The notes beneath the pieces were generated by a model that was not told the DNA's origin, did not search any database, and was given only the letters and a program-made list of their open reading frames with translations. A program made the position numbers and the translations under genes. Positions 17,715-25,425 of a stretch of 44,056 nucleotides of DNA are shown here, one piece after another. The stretch comes from an uncultured Candidatus Saccharibacteria bacterium (GTDB taxonomy: Bacteria > Patescibacteriota > Minisyncoccia > Phycocordibacterales > GWA1-40-21): contig CAYIIG010000001.1 of NCBI GenBank assembly GCA_964363425.1, forward strand, positions 1 through 44,056. Reading direction: 5' to 3'. The number at the start of each line of letters is the position of its first letter. Positions within the stretch are counted from its first letter, which is position 1.

Positions 17715-18713
17715 TCATCTCAAATACCTATCCACATTATTATTATGCTCCTCCAAAGTTTTGGCAAAATGAGTGATACCATTTTTGTCGGAAATATAGA
17801 AAAAGTATTTGGTATCTTTGGGATTTATCGACGCAATGATAGCATCCAAACTAGGATTGGCGATCGGACCGGGTGGCAAACCCTTATTCAAGTAGGTGTT
17901 GTAAGGAGAATCAATTTTCAAATCGTCGCGGGTTGTCGTCTTGTTTTTTCTTTGCGTTATGTACGGGAAAACAGCGTCAACCTGGAGGGGCATCCCGATA
18001 CTTATTCTCTTCCAAAGAATTCCGGCGACAATTTTCCTGTCTTCCGCAGTCCTTACTTCTTCTTCAAGAATAGACGCCATTGTCAGAATTTCTTTGAATG
18101 TCTTCCCGAAATTTTTTATATCTTTCTGAATCGGATTGACTTTTTTCGTAAAATTTTCTTCCATCGTTTCTATTATTTGCTTAGCTTTTACATTGGGCAG
18201 GAAAAAATATGTGTCAGGATACAAATACCCTTCCTTGCTTTTCGCGAGACTGACAAAATCTTGCCGATTAAAATTCCACAAATCATCTTTTTTGGATAAT
18301 AATTCAGCAATCTCGTAGATATTTAAGCCTTCCGGTAAGGTGATTCTGACGGCTGACAATCTGTAATCACCACCTGTGAATCTTTTAACAATCTCAAACA
18401 AATTCTCCTTTCTATTCAAAACATAATCTCCGGAAATCACGCCTTTGTTTCCTGGAAAAAGCGTTGCTAGAATTTTAAAAAATAAAGGCGACTTGATGAC
18501 ATTCTCCTTCTTCGCCTTAACAGCAATCTCAGAAAGAGAGCTGTTTTCCTCAATCGAATATACTGAATTGGAAGGAAAATCAGCTGGGGGTGTCACAAAA
18601 AAATAATAAAAAAGTCCCGATACTGAAAAAATCACTGCTACGATTATCGCGGAATTTTTTTTATTCGGTTTGAATGCCAATTTTTGAGAAATTTTATGCA
18701 GTATATGAAGCAT
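17715..18713 (-). CDS. mltG: Endolytic murein transglycosylase MltG (YceG-like)
   Basis: 332 aa; N-terminal TM, then LPEG, EGYLYPDTYF, ASILEEE, SPYNTY, GLPPGPI and NP motifs of the YceG family. Confidence 0.9.
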   Translation of the reverse strand: MLHILHKISQKLAFKPNKKNSAIIVAVIFSVSGLFYYFFVTPPADFPSNSVYSIEENSSLSEIAVKAKKENVIKSPLFFKILATLFPGNKGVISGDYVLNRKENLFEIVKRFTGGDYRLSAVRITLPEGLNIYEIAELLSKKDDLWNFNRQDFVSLAKSKEGYLYPDTYFFLPNVKAKQIIETMEENFTKKVNPIQKDIKNFGKTFKEILTMASILEEEVRTAEDRKIVAGILWKRISIGMPLQVDAVFPYITQRKNKTTTRDDLKIDSPYNTYLNKGLPPGPIANPSLDAIIASINPKDTKYFFYISDKNGITHFAKTLEEHNNNVDRYLR

Positions 18714-18732
18714 TGTTCCTTTAATAAAATAA

Positions 18733-18783
18733 ACTTGGATGTTTCGTTTCCATGCTGTAAACTTGGAAACGAAACATCCAAGT
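18733..18783 (-). terminator. Long perfect hairpin downstream of the 414-aa gene
   Basis: ACTTGGATGTTTCGTTTCC / GGAAACGAAACATCCAAGT forms a 19-bp stem with a 13-nt loop. The right arm is a near copy of 1275-1297. Confidence 0.55.
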
Positions 18784-18791
18784 CGTATAGA

Positions 18792-20036
18792 TTAAATTGG
18801 CAAGTTTGAAGGTGGCTCAGCCTTCTTGGAAGTGATTCTGGCGAATGTCGGCGTCTGAGAAACACTTCCAGGTAAGTGAAAAATAGTCGCCAAACCTTCG
18901 GTGTTTATCACAAACCATTTTTTCTGATACGGCGGATGAAAATAGGATCTCAATTTGTAAGCTTTGAGCATTCTTCTTTTTAATTTATTGACGCGAATGT
19001 CTTTGTAATCCTGCCACGGCAGAGAATAATCAGTCATGCTATACGCCTTAAAACCATTTAGGTTGTTAGAATGAAATTGCCTGGTTATGCCGGTCATAGC
19101 TGTGATATTGGCTGGTCTAAATTTATCTTTTTCGGCAAGATAAATTATTCTCATCCCGCAATCAAACCCGAGCTTAGAAACATTCCTCTCGATTGCGGCG
19201 ATTTTCTCTATCTGCCCCTTGGTCGGATTGGGAAAAGCTATAGCCTTAGGGTCGTCCTGTTTTGGTGTCGCTTCTTTCCTGATTTTTTCAATTTCTTCTT
19301 TAGCTTCATCCTGCCATGCGTCCGTCTTTTCAAACCAAGTTCCTTTTTTAATCTGCTCTTTCTTGTGCGCTCGTATTATTATCTGGAACCACACCTGCTC
19401 ACCCTTCCCCATTGATCCGAGAAATTCTATTATCGGCGTAATCGGGTCAGTCTTGTATTCTTCTTTCGTATCCGCCTTATCCAAACCGAAGTCAACATAG
19501 GTTTTTATCGGATACACGCTCGATTTGGCAAATTCGAAATTGGTGCCGATGAGCGATATTTTATCTTTGTCAAAAAGCACACCTTCCGTATAATCGGAAA
19601 CCTCATAAATCTCAACTGTGGGATATTGCGCGTATAACTGAGCCTCGATTATATTTCTGAAATCCGTTTCAGTCCAAATAAAAAATCGGACAACCCCCTC
19701 TATGGAAACCATTTCCAAGGAAAACCACGGTCTTGCTTTGCCTTCCCAATATTTGGCATACAATGTTCCTTCGCGACCGGTCTGGTGCAACGCCGTAAGA
19801 AAAGTTTCCATCGCAATAGGTGATTTTGTTATCTCTTTCGGAAGTTTTATTTCCAAAAGAATTCGTTTCTTTTTGCTCCAAAAAAGAGCCCTGATGTACC
19901 TAACCCACAATTTCCAGCCGATGATTATAAGCAATATCGGAAGCCAAATCGGCAAATAGTCAAGCAATACCTTCAACACCGTTTTTTCCAAATACGGCAG
20001 ATTACTTGATATGGATGACAAAAATTTTGTTAGCAT
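18792..20036 (-). CDS. Hypothetical protein with an N-terminal membrane anchor (function unknown)
   Basis: 414-aa uninterrupted ORF; TM LPIWLPILLIIIGWKLW, then a soluble domain (KSPIAMETFLTALHQ...). I recognise no catalytic motif. Confidence 0.65.
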   Translation of the reverse strand: MLTKFLSSISSNLPYLEKTVLKVLLDYLPIWLPILLIIIGWKLWVRYIRALFWSKKKRILLEIKLPKEITKSPIAMETFLTALHQTGREGTLYAKYWEGKARPWFSLEMVSIEGVVRFFIWTETDFRNIIEAQLYAQYPTVEIYEVSDYTEGVLFDKDKISLIGTNFEFAKSSVYPIKTYVDFGLDKADTKEEYKTDPITPIIEFLGSMGKGEQVWFQIIIRAHKKEQIKKGTWFEKTDAWQDEAKEEIEKIRKEATPKQDDPKAIAFPNPTKGQIEKIAAIERNVSKLGFDCGMRIIYLAEKDKFRPANITAMTGITRQFHSNNLNGFKAYSMTDYSLPWQDYKDIRVNKLKRRMLKAYKLRSYFHPPYQKKWFVINTEGLATIFHLPGSVSQTPTFARITSKKAEPPSNLPI

Positions 20037-20151
20037 AGAAAATTATTTTTTTGTTTACTTAAATAATACTACGAAACCGCAAATTATGAAAACTCCGCCC
20101 AAAAGCTACATCCGATGTAGCTTTTGGGCGGAGAATGATAGGCGTTATGCT

Positions 20152-21027
20152 ATGATAAAATTCACTATGAAGAAAAAAGTTTCTAAAAATACGGACACTT
20201 CTTGGGGTAATGTCGCCCTTTGGTATGACGAAATGCTGGAAGAAAAAGAAAACACCTACCAGAAAAATGTAATTTTGCCGAATGTATTAAGGTTGGCGGA
20301 TATTAAAAAAGGCGAAACTGTTTTGGATTTGGCGTGCGGGACAGGTTTTTTCGCAAGAGAATTTTTCAAAAAAGGAGCGAGAGTAATCGGTGTGGACATA
20401 TCGCCGGAGCTTATAGAGATAGCCCGGAAAAATTCACCGAAAGAAATTTCATATTTCGTATCGCCCGCGGACAGCCTCGGACAAGTCAAAGATGGCTCCA
20501 TCGACAAAGTAGTGATAATTTTGGCAATACAAAACATTGAAAACATTTCCGGGGTTTTTGGCGAATGTAAACGCGTTTTGAAGACTGGCGGAAAAATTTT
20601 CTTGATTATGAATCATCCCGCTTTCAGAATTCCGAAAAAAAGTGATTGGGAATTTGACGAGAAAAGCAAAATACAATACAGAAGAATCACCGAATATATG
20701 TCCGAATCGAAAATAAAAATAGAGATGCGTCCGAGCGAAAACGACAGCGAACAGACAATTTCGTTTCATCGTCCACTCCAAGTCTATTTCAAAACGCTGA
20801 AGAAAAACGGTTTTTGCGTAACAGGTTTGGAAGAATGGATATCGGACAAAAAGAGTCAGTCCGGTCCGCGAGCCACGGCGGAAGACAAAGCGCGGAAAGA
20901 ATTCCCTCTCTTTTTGTTTATGGAAGCCAAAAAACTTCTCACTTGGGAGTTCAACTCCCAAGTGAGAAGTTTGCATAAAAAATCGCCAGAATTAAACCAT
21001 TTTTGGTTTAATTCTGGCGATCAATAA
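20152..21027 (+). CDS. Class I SAM-dependent methyltransferase
   Basis: Motif I VLDLACGTGFF, then VIGVDIS and GGKIFLIMNHP. I start it at ATG 20152 because the track ORF from 20011 crosses a palindrome and overlaps the divergent gene. The last roughly 30 codons translate two palindromes. Confidence 0.8.
   Translation: MIKFTMKKKVSKNTDTSWGNVALWYDEMLEEKENTYQKNVILPNVLRLADIKKGETVLDLACGTGFFAREFFKKGARVIGVDISPELIEIARKNSPKEISYFVSPADSLGQVKDGSIDKVVIILAIQNIENISGVFGECKRVLKTGGKIFLIMNHPAFRIPKKSDWEFDEKSKIQYRRITEYMSESKIKIEMRPSENDSEQTISFHRPLQVYFKTLKKNGFCVTGLEEWISDKKSQSGPRATAEDKARKEFPLFLFMEAKKLLTWEFNSQVRSLHKKSPELNHFWFNSGDQ
20933..21020. terminator. Two consecutive perfect palindromes (candidate bidirectional terminators)
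   Basis: AACTTCTCACTTGGGAGTT-c-AACTCCCAAGTGAGAAGTT at 20933-20971. TCGCCAGAATTAAACCA-tttt-TGGTTTAATTCTGGCGA at 20983-21020. Confidence 0.5.
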
Positions 21028-21039
21028 ATCTTACTTTCT

Positions 21040-21168
21040 TTACACTGCCCTCCTTTCTATTTTTTCAATTAAAAGTTCGTCCCTTAATCTTAATGCCGAG
21101 AAAATCTGCCTCGCGCATTTTCCTTCCTTCTTTGTCCATTTCTTAGCCCTCTTCCTTTTTTCCGCCAT
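21040..21168 (-). CDS. Small basic hypothetical protein (42 aa)
   Basis: Hand-translated (below the track cutoff): MAEKRKRAKKWTKKEGKCARQIFSALRLRDELLIEKIERRAV. Preceded by GGAGAGAAAA-ATG. Confidence 0.35.
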   Translation of the reverse strand: MAEKRKRAKKWTKKEGKCARQIFSALRLRDELLIEKIERRAV

Positions 21169-21197
21169 TTTTCTCTCCAAGAAAAGATTCTACGATT

Positions 21198-21359
21198 CTA
21201 CGAAAAACACTCATCCAACTCTTTCACCAAAATAAAGAGTTCTTTCCCTGTCCAACGATTCCACCCGACGACAGGCGGCGAGACTTCCTCCCGTTTTGGC
21301 TCCACCTTTTCAACGGTGATTTTTACAACAATCGCTCCTTTCTCCATCAGTGCATTCAT
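21198..21359 (-). CDS. Small hypothetical protein (53 aa)
   Basis: Hand-translated: MNALMEKGAIVVKITVEKVEPKREEVSPPVVGWNRWTGKELFILVKELDECFS. Preceded by GGAGACTCTTAAG-ATG and a TTGCAA...TATTAT promoter-like pair. Confidence 0.35.
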   Translation of the reverse strand: MNALMEKGAIVVKITVEKVEPKREEVSPPVVGWNRWTGKELFILVKELDECFS

Positions 21360-21506
21360 CTTAAGAGTCTCCTAAAAAAATAATACATTAAGTGTCTCTG
21401 GACAATCCAGTTAATTTTCATTGATGACAAACAACTATTCTAAACCAATATAATACTGCCTTATAATAATATTGCAAACTAATACCATTTTCTGAAAGTC
21501 AGATTT

Positions 21507-21581
21507 TGGTGCCACTGGCAGGAATCGAACCTGCAACTATTCCTTAGGACGGAACTGTTATATCCATTTAACTACAGCGGC
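21507..21581 (-). tRNA. tRNA-Arg (anticodon CCU), CCA encoded
   Basis: The reverse complement folds as a cloverleaf. Acceptor GCCGCTG/CAGTGGC, D arm GTTA-AATGGATA-TAAC, anticodon arm GTTCC-GTCCTAA-GGAAT, T arm GCAGG-TTCGATT-CCTGC, then ACCA. Confidence 0.9.
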
Positions 21582-21749
21582 TCACTCTAAAGAAGACTAT
21601 AACATATTGGTCAAATTGAAACAAAAAAACGGCGCCTAAGTTCAAGAAATAATTGCAACACCTTAATTAAAAATTAAGTAAAATAAGGTGTATGAAAAAA
21701 ATTGCCCGAAATGAGCAATATTTTTAGTTAGTAACCGCGAAAACTAAAA

Positions 21750-21986
21750 CTATTTAATTCCCAGTAATCCTGAAATTTTCGCTTTGTCAAAGCCGACTAC
21801 CAGCTCATCGCCTATTAAAATAACAGGTACGCCCATCTGTCCGCTTTTCTCCACCATTTCTTTTCTTTTTTCCATATCAGTCGCGACATTAAAATCCTCG
21901 TAGGCTACTTTTTTTTCTGCAAAGAAATCCTTTGCCATATGGCAATAATGACAGGTCGGCGTGCTGTAAATTTGAACTTTTTTCAT
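21750..21986 (-). CDS. Glutaredoxin-family small redox protein
   Basis: 78 aa; CHYC active site in YSTPTCHYCHMAK and a GVPVILIGDELVVGFD motif. Confidence 0.85.
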   Translation of the reverse strand: MKKVQIYSTPTCHYCHMAKDFFAEKKVAYEDFNVATDMEKRKEMVEKSGQMGVPVILIGDELVVGFDKAKISGLLGIK

Positions 21987-22099
21987 ATTATTTTAAAATA
22001 AAAAACATTAATTATTAATAGGAAAATTGTAACACGATAAAAAAAATAAAAAAGGCGTATAGTTACGATTTTATGAACGAGTTAAAAGACTTCTCCTTG

Positions 22100-22138
22100 C
22101 CAAGCCTTTACCGACATGCGATGTCGGTAAAGGCTTGG
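22100..22138 (-). terminator. Perfect 18-bp palindrome downstream of lysS
   Basis: CCAAGCCTTTACCGACAT-gcg-ATGTCGGTAAAGGCTTGG. Confidence 0.5.
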
Positions 22139-22197
22139 CTTATGCTTGTGAATTGAAGATTGATGGGTTGAAAGTTGTTTTTCATTACGAGAAATGT
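22138..22197 (+). pseudogene. ligA: Relic of an NAD-dependent DNA ligase gene (adenylation KxDG motif only)
   Basis: The plus-strand frame reads AYACELKIDGLKVVFHYEK, which matches the LigA active-site block (C-E-L-K-I-D-G-L-A...Y-E-x-G). No ligA-like sequence surrounds it. It abuts the palindrome and the lysS stop codon. Confidence 0.4.
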
Positions 22198-22198
22198 T

Positions 22199-23689
22199 TT
22201 ATTTGTCAAAATCGCCATCCTTCCCTCCCCTCGGACGCATCGCGGGAAAAAGTATGACTTCTTTTATGTTTCTAGTGTCGCTAAGGAGCATTGTTAATCG
22301 GTCGATACTCAAGCCTAACCCGCCCGCTGGGGGCATTCCGTATTCCATCGCTTCGATGAAGTCTTCATCAGCAGGCTGGGCTTCTTTATCCCCTTCTTTT
22401 CTGTATTTTTCTTGAATGGTGAATCTCTCCCTCTGGTCAATCGGATCATTAAGCTCGGAAAACGCTTTGACTATTTCCATTCCCCCGACTACGACTTGAA
22501 AAGCGTCAACAGTCTTTCCGCCACCCGCCGTTTTTTTCGCCAAAGGAAGATAATTGACCGGGTAATTATTTATGAATGTCGGCTGAATGAGTTTCGGACG
22601 ACACATTTTTTTGTATATACTGTCCATCACTTTTTCCAAACTGTCGCCTTTGTCGATTTTGACTCCAAGATTTTTCGCGACAGAAATAATTTCCTCTTTG
22701 GTGATAGTTTCAATCGATTCTATTCCGGCGTATTTTTTCAAAAGATCCGAATAAGAAAACACTTCAAACTTTTTCGAAAAGTCTATTTCATTGTCTTGAA
22801 ATAGGACTGTTTCCTTGCCTGTCGTTTCTTTGGTTATTTTCCTAAGAACAAACTCAACAAAAATCATCTGCTTTTCAGCATCACTATAACTTTCATACCA
22901 CTCAACCGTCGTAAATTCGGGATTATGAGTCATATCGATGCCTTCGTTTCTGAACAATCTTCCTATTTCGTAGACCTTGGAAAATCCGCCGATTAGAAGT
23001 TTTTTTAAATAAATTTCAGGAGCGATGCGCAAAAACAAGTCAATGTCGAGCGCGTTGTGATGAGTTTTAAAAGGCTCGGCGCTCGCGCCTCCCGCCAAAG
23101 ACTGAAGTATGGGCGTTTCGACTTCCAGAAAACCTGAGTTGTCAAGAATTTTCCTAAGCTCGGTAATAATTCGCGAACGGAGAATGAAGCGGGACTTGAC
23201 CTCGGAAGACATCAAGATATCCAGATACCTTCTTCTGTATCTCTCATCGGCATCGGAAAGTCCGTGCCACTTTTCCGGCAATGGCCGCAGACTTTTCGAA
23301 AGCATTTTCCACGAATCGACTTTGAGAGTTTTCTCTCCCCTTTTTGTTATAAAAAGCAAACCCTTGACTTCCACGAAATCGCCGATGTCGACATTGGCAG
23401 AAAACAAGTCAAAATCGGATTCTTTCATTTCATCCTTTTTCAAAAGACCTTGAAATCTTGCCGTGCCATCGTCAAAATGAAAAAATACAAGCGATCCTTG
23501 TGGACGCAAAGACATAACCCTGCCAACAAGTGACAAAGATTTATCGCCTGATATTTTGTCAAAATCATCGATGACTTTTATTAAATCGTAATCTTTATTT
23601 GAAGTTATCGGGTATGAATCAACGCCGTTTTCAGCCAAATTTTTCAGCTTTTCCAAACGATTATTTCTAATTTCTTCGAGTGATGCCAT
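22199..23689 (-). CDS. lysS: Lysyl-tRNA synthetase, class II
   Basis: 496 aa; OB-fold N-domain, then class II motifs (FLEVETPILQ, YEIGRLFRNEG, GMPPAGGLGLSIDRL). Confidence 0.95.
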   Translation of the reverse strand: MASLEEIRNNRLEKLKNLAENGVDSYPITSNKDYDLIKVIDDFDKISGDKSLSLVGRVMSLRPQGSLVFFHFDDGTARFQGLLKKDEMKESDFDLFSANVDIGDFVEVKGLLFITKRGEKTLKVDSWKMLSKSLRPLPEKWHGLSDADERYRRRYLDILMSSEVKSRFILRSRIITELRKILDNSGFLEVETPILQSLAGGASAEPFKTHHNALDIDLFLRIAPEIYLKKLLIGGFSKVYEIGRLFRNEGIDMTHNPEFTTVEWYESYSDAEKQMIFVEFVLRKITKETTGKETVLFQDNEIDFSKKFEVFSYSDLLKKYAGIESIETITKEEIISVAKNLGVKIDKGDSLEKVMDSIYKKMCRPKLIQPTFINNYPVNYLPLAKKTAGGGKTVDAFQVVVGGMEIVKAFSELNDPIDQRERFTIQEKYRKEGDKEAQPADEDFIEAMEYGMPPAGGLGLSIDRLTMLLSDTRNIKEVILFPAMRPRGGKDGDFDK

Positions 23690-23809
23690 AAGAATGTTTT
23701 AGATTATAGGTTTTAAAGCGTCTGCTTTCTGACACAAAGAAATGTGCCGAATGCGCTGACGAGCGAAGGCGAGGATAGTACTGAGGTCAGCAGACCGAAT
23801 GTACAAGTC

Positions 23810-24280
23810 CTATTTGACATCGATAATTTTACAAACCACCTTCCCGCTCGGAGCGCTGTAAGAAAACACATCGCCTTTCACTTTGCCCATCATAGCGACG
23901 CCGATCGGCGATTTGTTCGACAATTTTCCGGCACTCATATCAGCTTCCTCCGAACCGACAATTTTATAAACCTTATGCGCGGTTTCGCCTTTTTTTTGAA
24001 TCGTAACCGTGGAACCGATACCCACCGTTTCTCCGTGATAAGAAGAAACTATTTTCGCCGATTTGAGAATGATTTCCAGTTTGGAAATCCTGTCTTCGGT
24101 GTTCGCCTGCAACTCTCTGGCGTCTTGATATTCGGCATTCTCAGACAAGTCGCCGAGTGACTTGGCGTATTCAAGACTTTCGGCGACCTCTTTTCGTTTG
24201 ACTTTTTTCAAGACATCAAGCTCTTTCACCAGTTCTTCATATTTTCCTTTCGTCAAGTATTCTTGTTCTTTATTTTCCAT
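23810..24280 (-). CDS. greA: Transcription elongation factor GreA
   Basis: 156 aa; coiled-coil N-domain with DLSENAEY and a C-terminal FKBP-like domain (SPIGVAMMGK). Confidence 0.95.
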   Translation of the reverse strand: MENKEQEYLTKGKYEELVKELDVLKKVKRKEVAESLEYAKSLGDLSENAEYQDARELQANTEDRISKLEIILKSAKIVSSYHGETVGIGSTVTIQKKGETAHKVYKIVGSEEADMSAGKLSNKSPIGVAMMGKVKGDVFSYSAPSGKVVCKIIDVK

Positions 24281-24420
24281 AATTTTAATCGTAATATTGC
24301 CCTATATTATATGATTTTTGACCAAAGTCAAATCCTTGACTTTTAGTGAAAAAGGTGTATTCTCTTAAAAGATATTTTTTAATTCGTGTTCTTTTTATTA
24401 GACTGGAAAGGAGGTGTCAA

Positions 24421-24957
24421 ATGAGTGTTTTCATCATTTTTGATTTTGACGGAACGATAATCCCGTCAAGCAAGATGGAGAAATTTTGCCGGATAATTTT
24501 TGAAAAAATCGGTTTGTCTCGCCCGCCAAGAATATGTTTGGCAATAAGTGAGATAATTGATTTTTTTCGCTTTTTTTTAAAAATAAAAAAAGTCGTCGCG
24601 AATAATCACCTGATTGAGATTATACGCGAAAAAAATTTACCTGTCGGAATATTGACCGATAGGAGTTTGTTTTCTTTGAATCAACACCTCCGAGTTCTCG
24701 GCGTAGATGCGGAAAACTTGGATTTTGTTCAAACAAGAGGGAGTTTTTTTGACCGCTTTTCCCGTGGCAAAAAAGGCTTTATTTCGAAAGAAATAAAACC
24801 ACATAAAAGAGTTTTTCTTGATAACTTGATCCCCTTTATTGAGGAGTTTGGTTTAGTCAAGGCAAACATTTTGATTATTGACGACCAGCCGTCAATAAGA
24901 AAAGTGGCAAAAAAGATGGGTCTGCAGGCGATGGACCCAGTCAACATAAAGAAATAA
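24421..24957 (+). CDS. HAD-superfamily hydrolase-like protein
   Basis: Begins MSVFIIFDFDGTII (HAD motif I DxDG-T). GILTDRS matches motif II and IIDDQPS matches motif IV. Strong SD GGAAAGGAGGTGTCAA-ATG supports the 24421 start over the GTG at 24346. Confidence 0.65.
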   Translation: MSVFIIFDFDGTIIPSSKMEKFCRIIFEKIGLSRPPRICLAISEIIDFFRFFLKIKKVVANNHLIEIIREKNLPVGILTDRSLFSLNQHLRVLGVDAENLDFVQTRGSFFDRFSRGKKGFISKEIKPHKRVFLDNLIPFIEEFGLVKANILIIDDQPSIRKVAKKMGLQAMDPVNIKK

Positions 24958-24971
24958 AATCGCTAAAAAAT

Positions 24972-25012
24972 CCCGAATCAAACTTAGCTTAACCGCCAAG
25001 ATTTGATTCGGG
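24972..25012. terminator. Bidirectional terminator between the HAD gene and dgkA
   Basis: CCCGAATCAAA / TTTGATTCGGG forms an 11-bp stem followed by TTTT. Confidence 0.6.
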
Positions 25013-25015
25013 TTT

Positions 25016-25372
25016 TCATTTTACCCCCGTCAGATAAGGCCAGAAAACAATAAGTCCGATTATCGCCGAGCCAAAACTAGCAATTAAGACAATCGCCGCT
25101 ATTAAGTCTTTTATGATTCTCACTTCTTCGTGATGTCCAGGATGGACGAAATCAAGAAGTCTTTCAATGACAATGTTCACCATCTCAAGCGTCAGCACCG
25201 CGAAAATCGCTGTTGAAAGAATGGCTTTTTCTGCTCGAGAAGTGGGAAAATAAAACATCAATCCGACGATTATTAAAGCCATCGCCAGCATTATTTTAAA
25301 ATTCCTTTCAAAAATCAGAGTTTCTTTTATGCCGTTAGTCGCCGCTTTCAAACTTTTGCGAAATTTTTTCAT
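25016..25372 (-). CDS. dgkA: Diacylglycerol/undecaprenol kinase (DgkA family)
   Basis: 118 aa; three TM helices; ERNFKI, LEMVNIVIE and IIKDLIAAIVL motifs typical of the prokaryotic DAGK family. Confidence 0.8.
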   Translation of the reverse strand: MKKFRKSLKAATNGIKETLIFERNFKIMLAMALIIVGLMFYFPTSRAEKAILSTAIFAVLTLEMVNIVIERLLDFVHPGHHEEVRIIKDLIAAIVLIASFGSAIIGLIVFWPYLTGVK

Positions 25373-25425
25373 CTTTTTAGGATAATAGTTTTAAAAGGAT
25401 AAGTCAAAAAAACCAACGAGAATTT

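Noticed and set aside
20011-20151. Upstream extension of the methyltransferase ORF
   Set aside because: It overlaps the start of the divergent 414-aa gene and translates the 20095-20131 palindrome. The conserved methyltransferase N-terminus begins after ATG 20152 or 20167.
23690-23809. GC-rich greA-lysS spacer with CCGAATG direct repeats flanking a GCTGAC/GTCAGC hairpin, considered as a tiny MITE with a target-site duplication or as a T-box/riboswitch leader of lysS
   Set aside because: The inverted repeat is only 6 bp and I saw no other full copy. Only a 9-nt CATTCGGCA match exists near 35268. No T-box specifier or antiterminator features are present. It is most simply the greA terminator.
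23744-24160. 138-aa plus-strand ORF overlapping greA
   Set aside because: It is antisense to an unmistakable GreA. It starts (GTG) in the GC-rich intergenic hairpin region and has no motif support.
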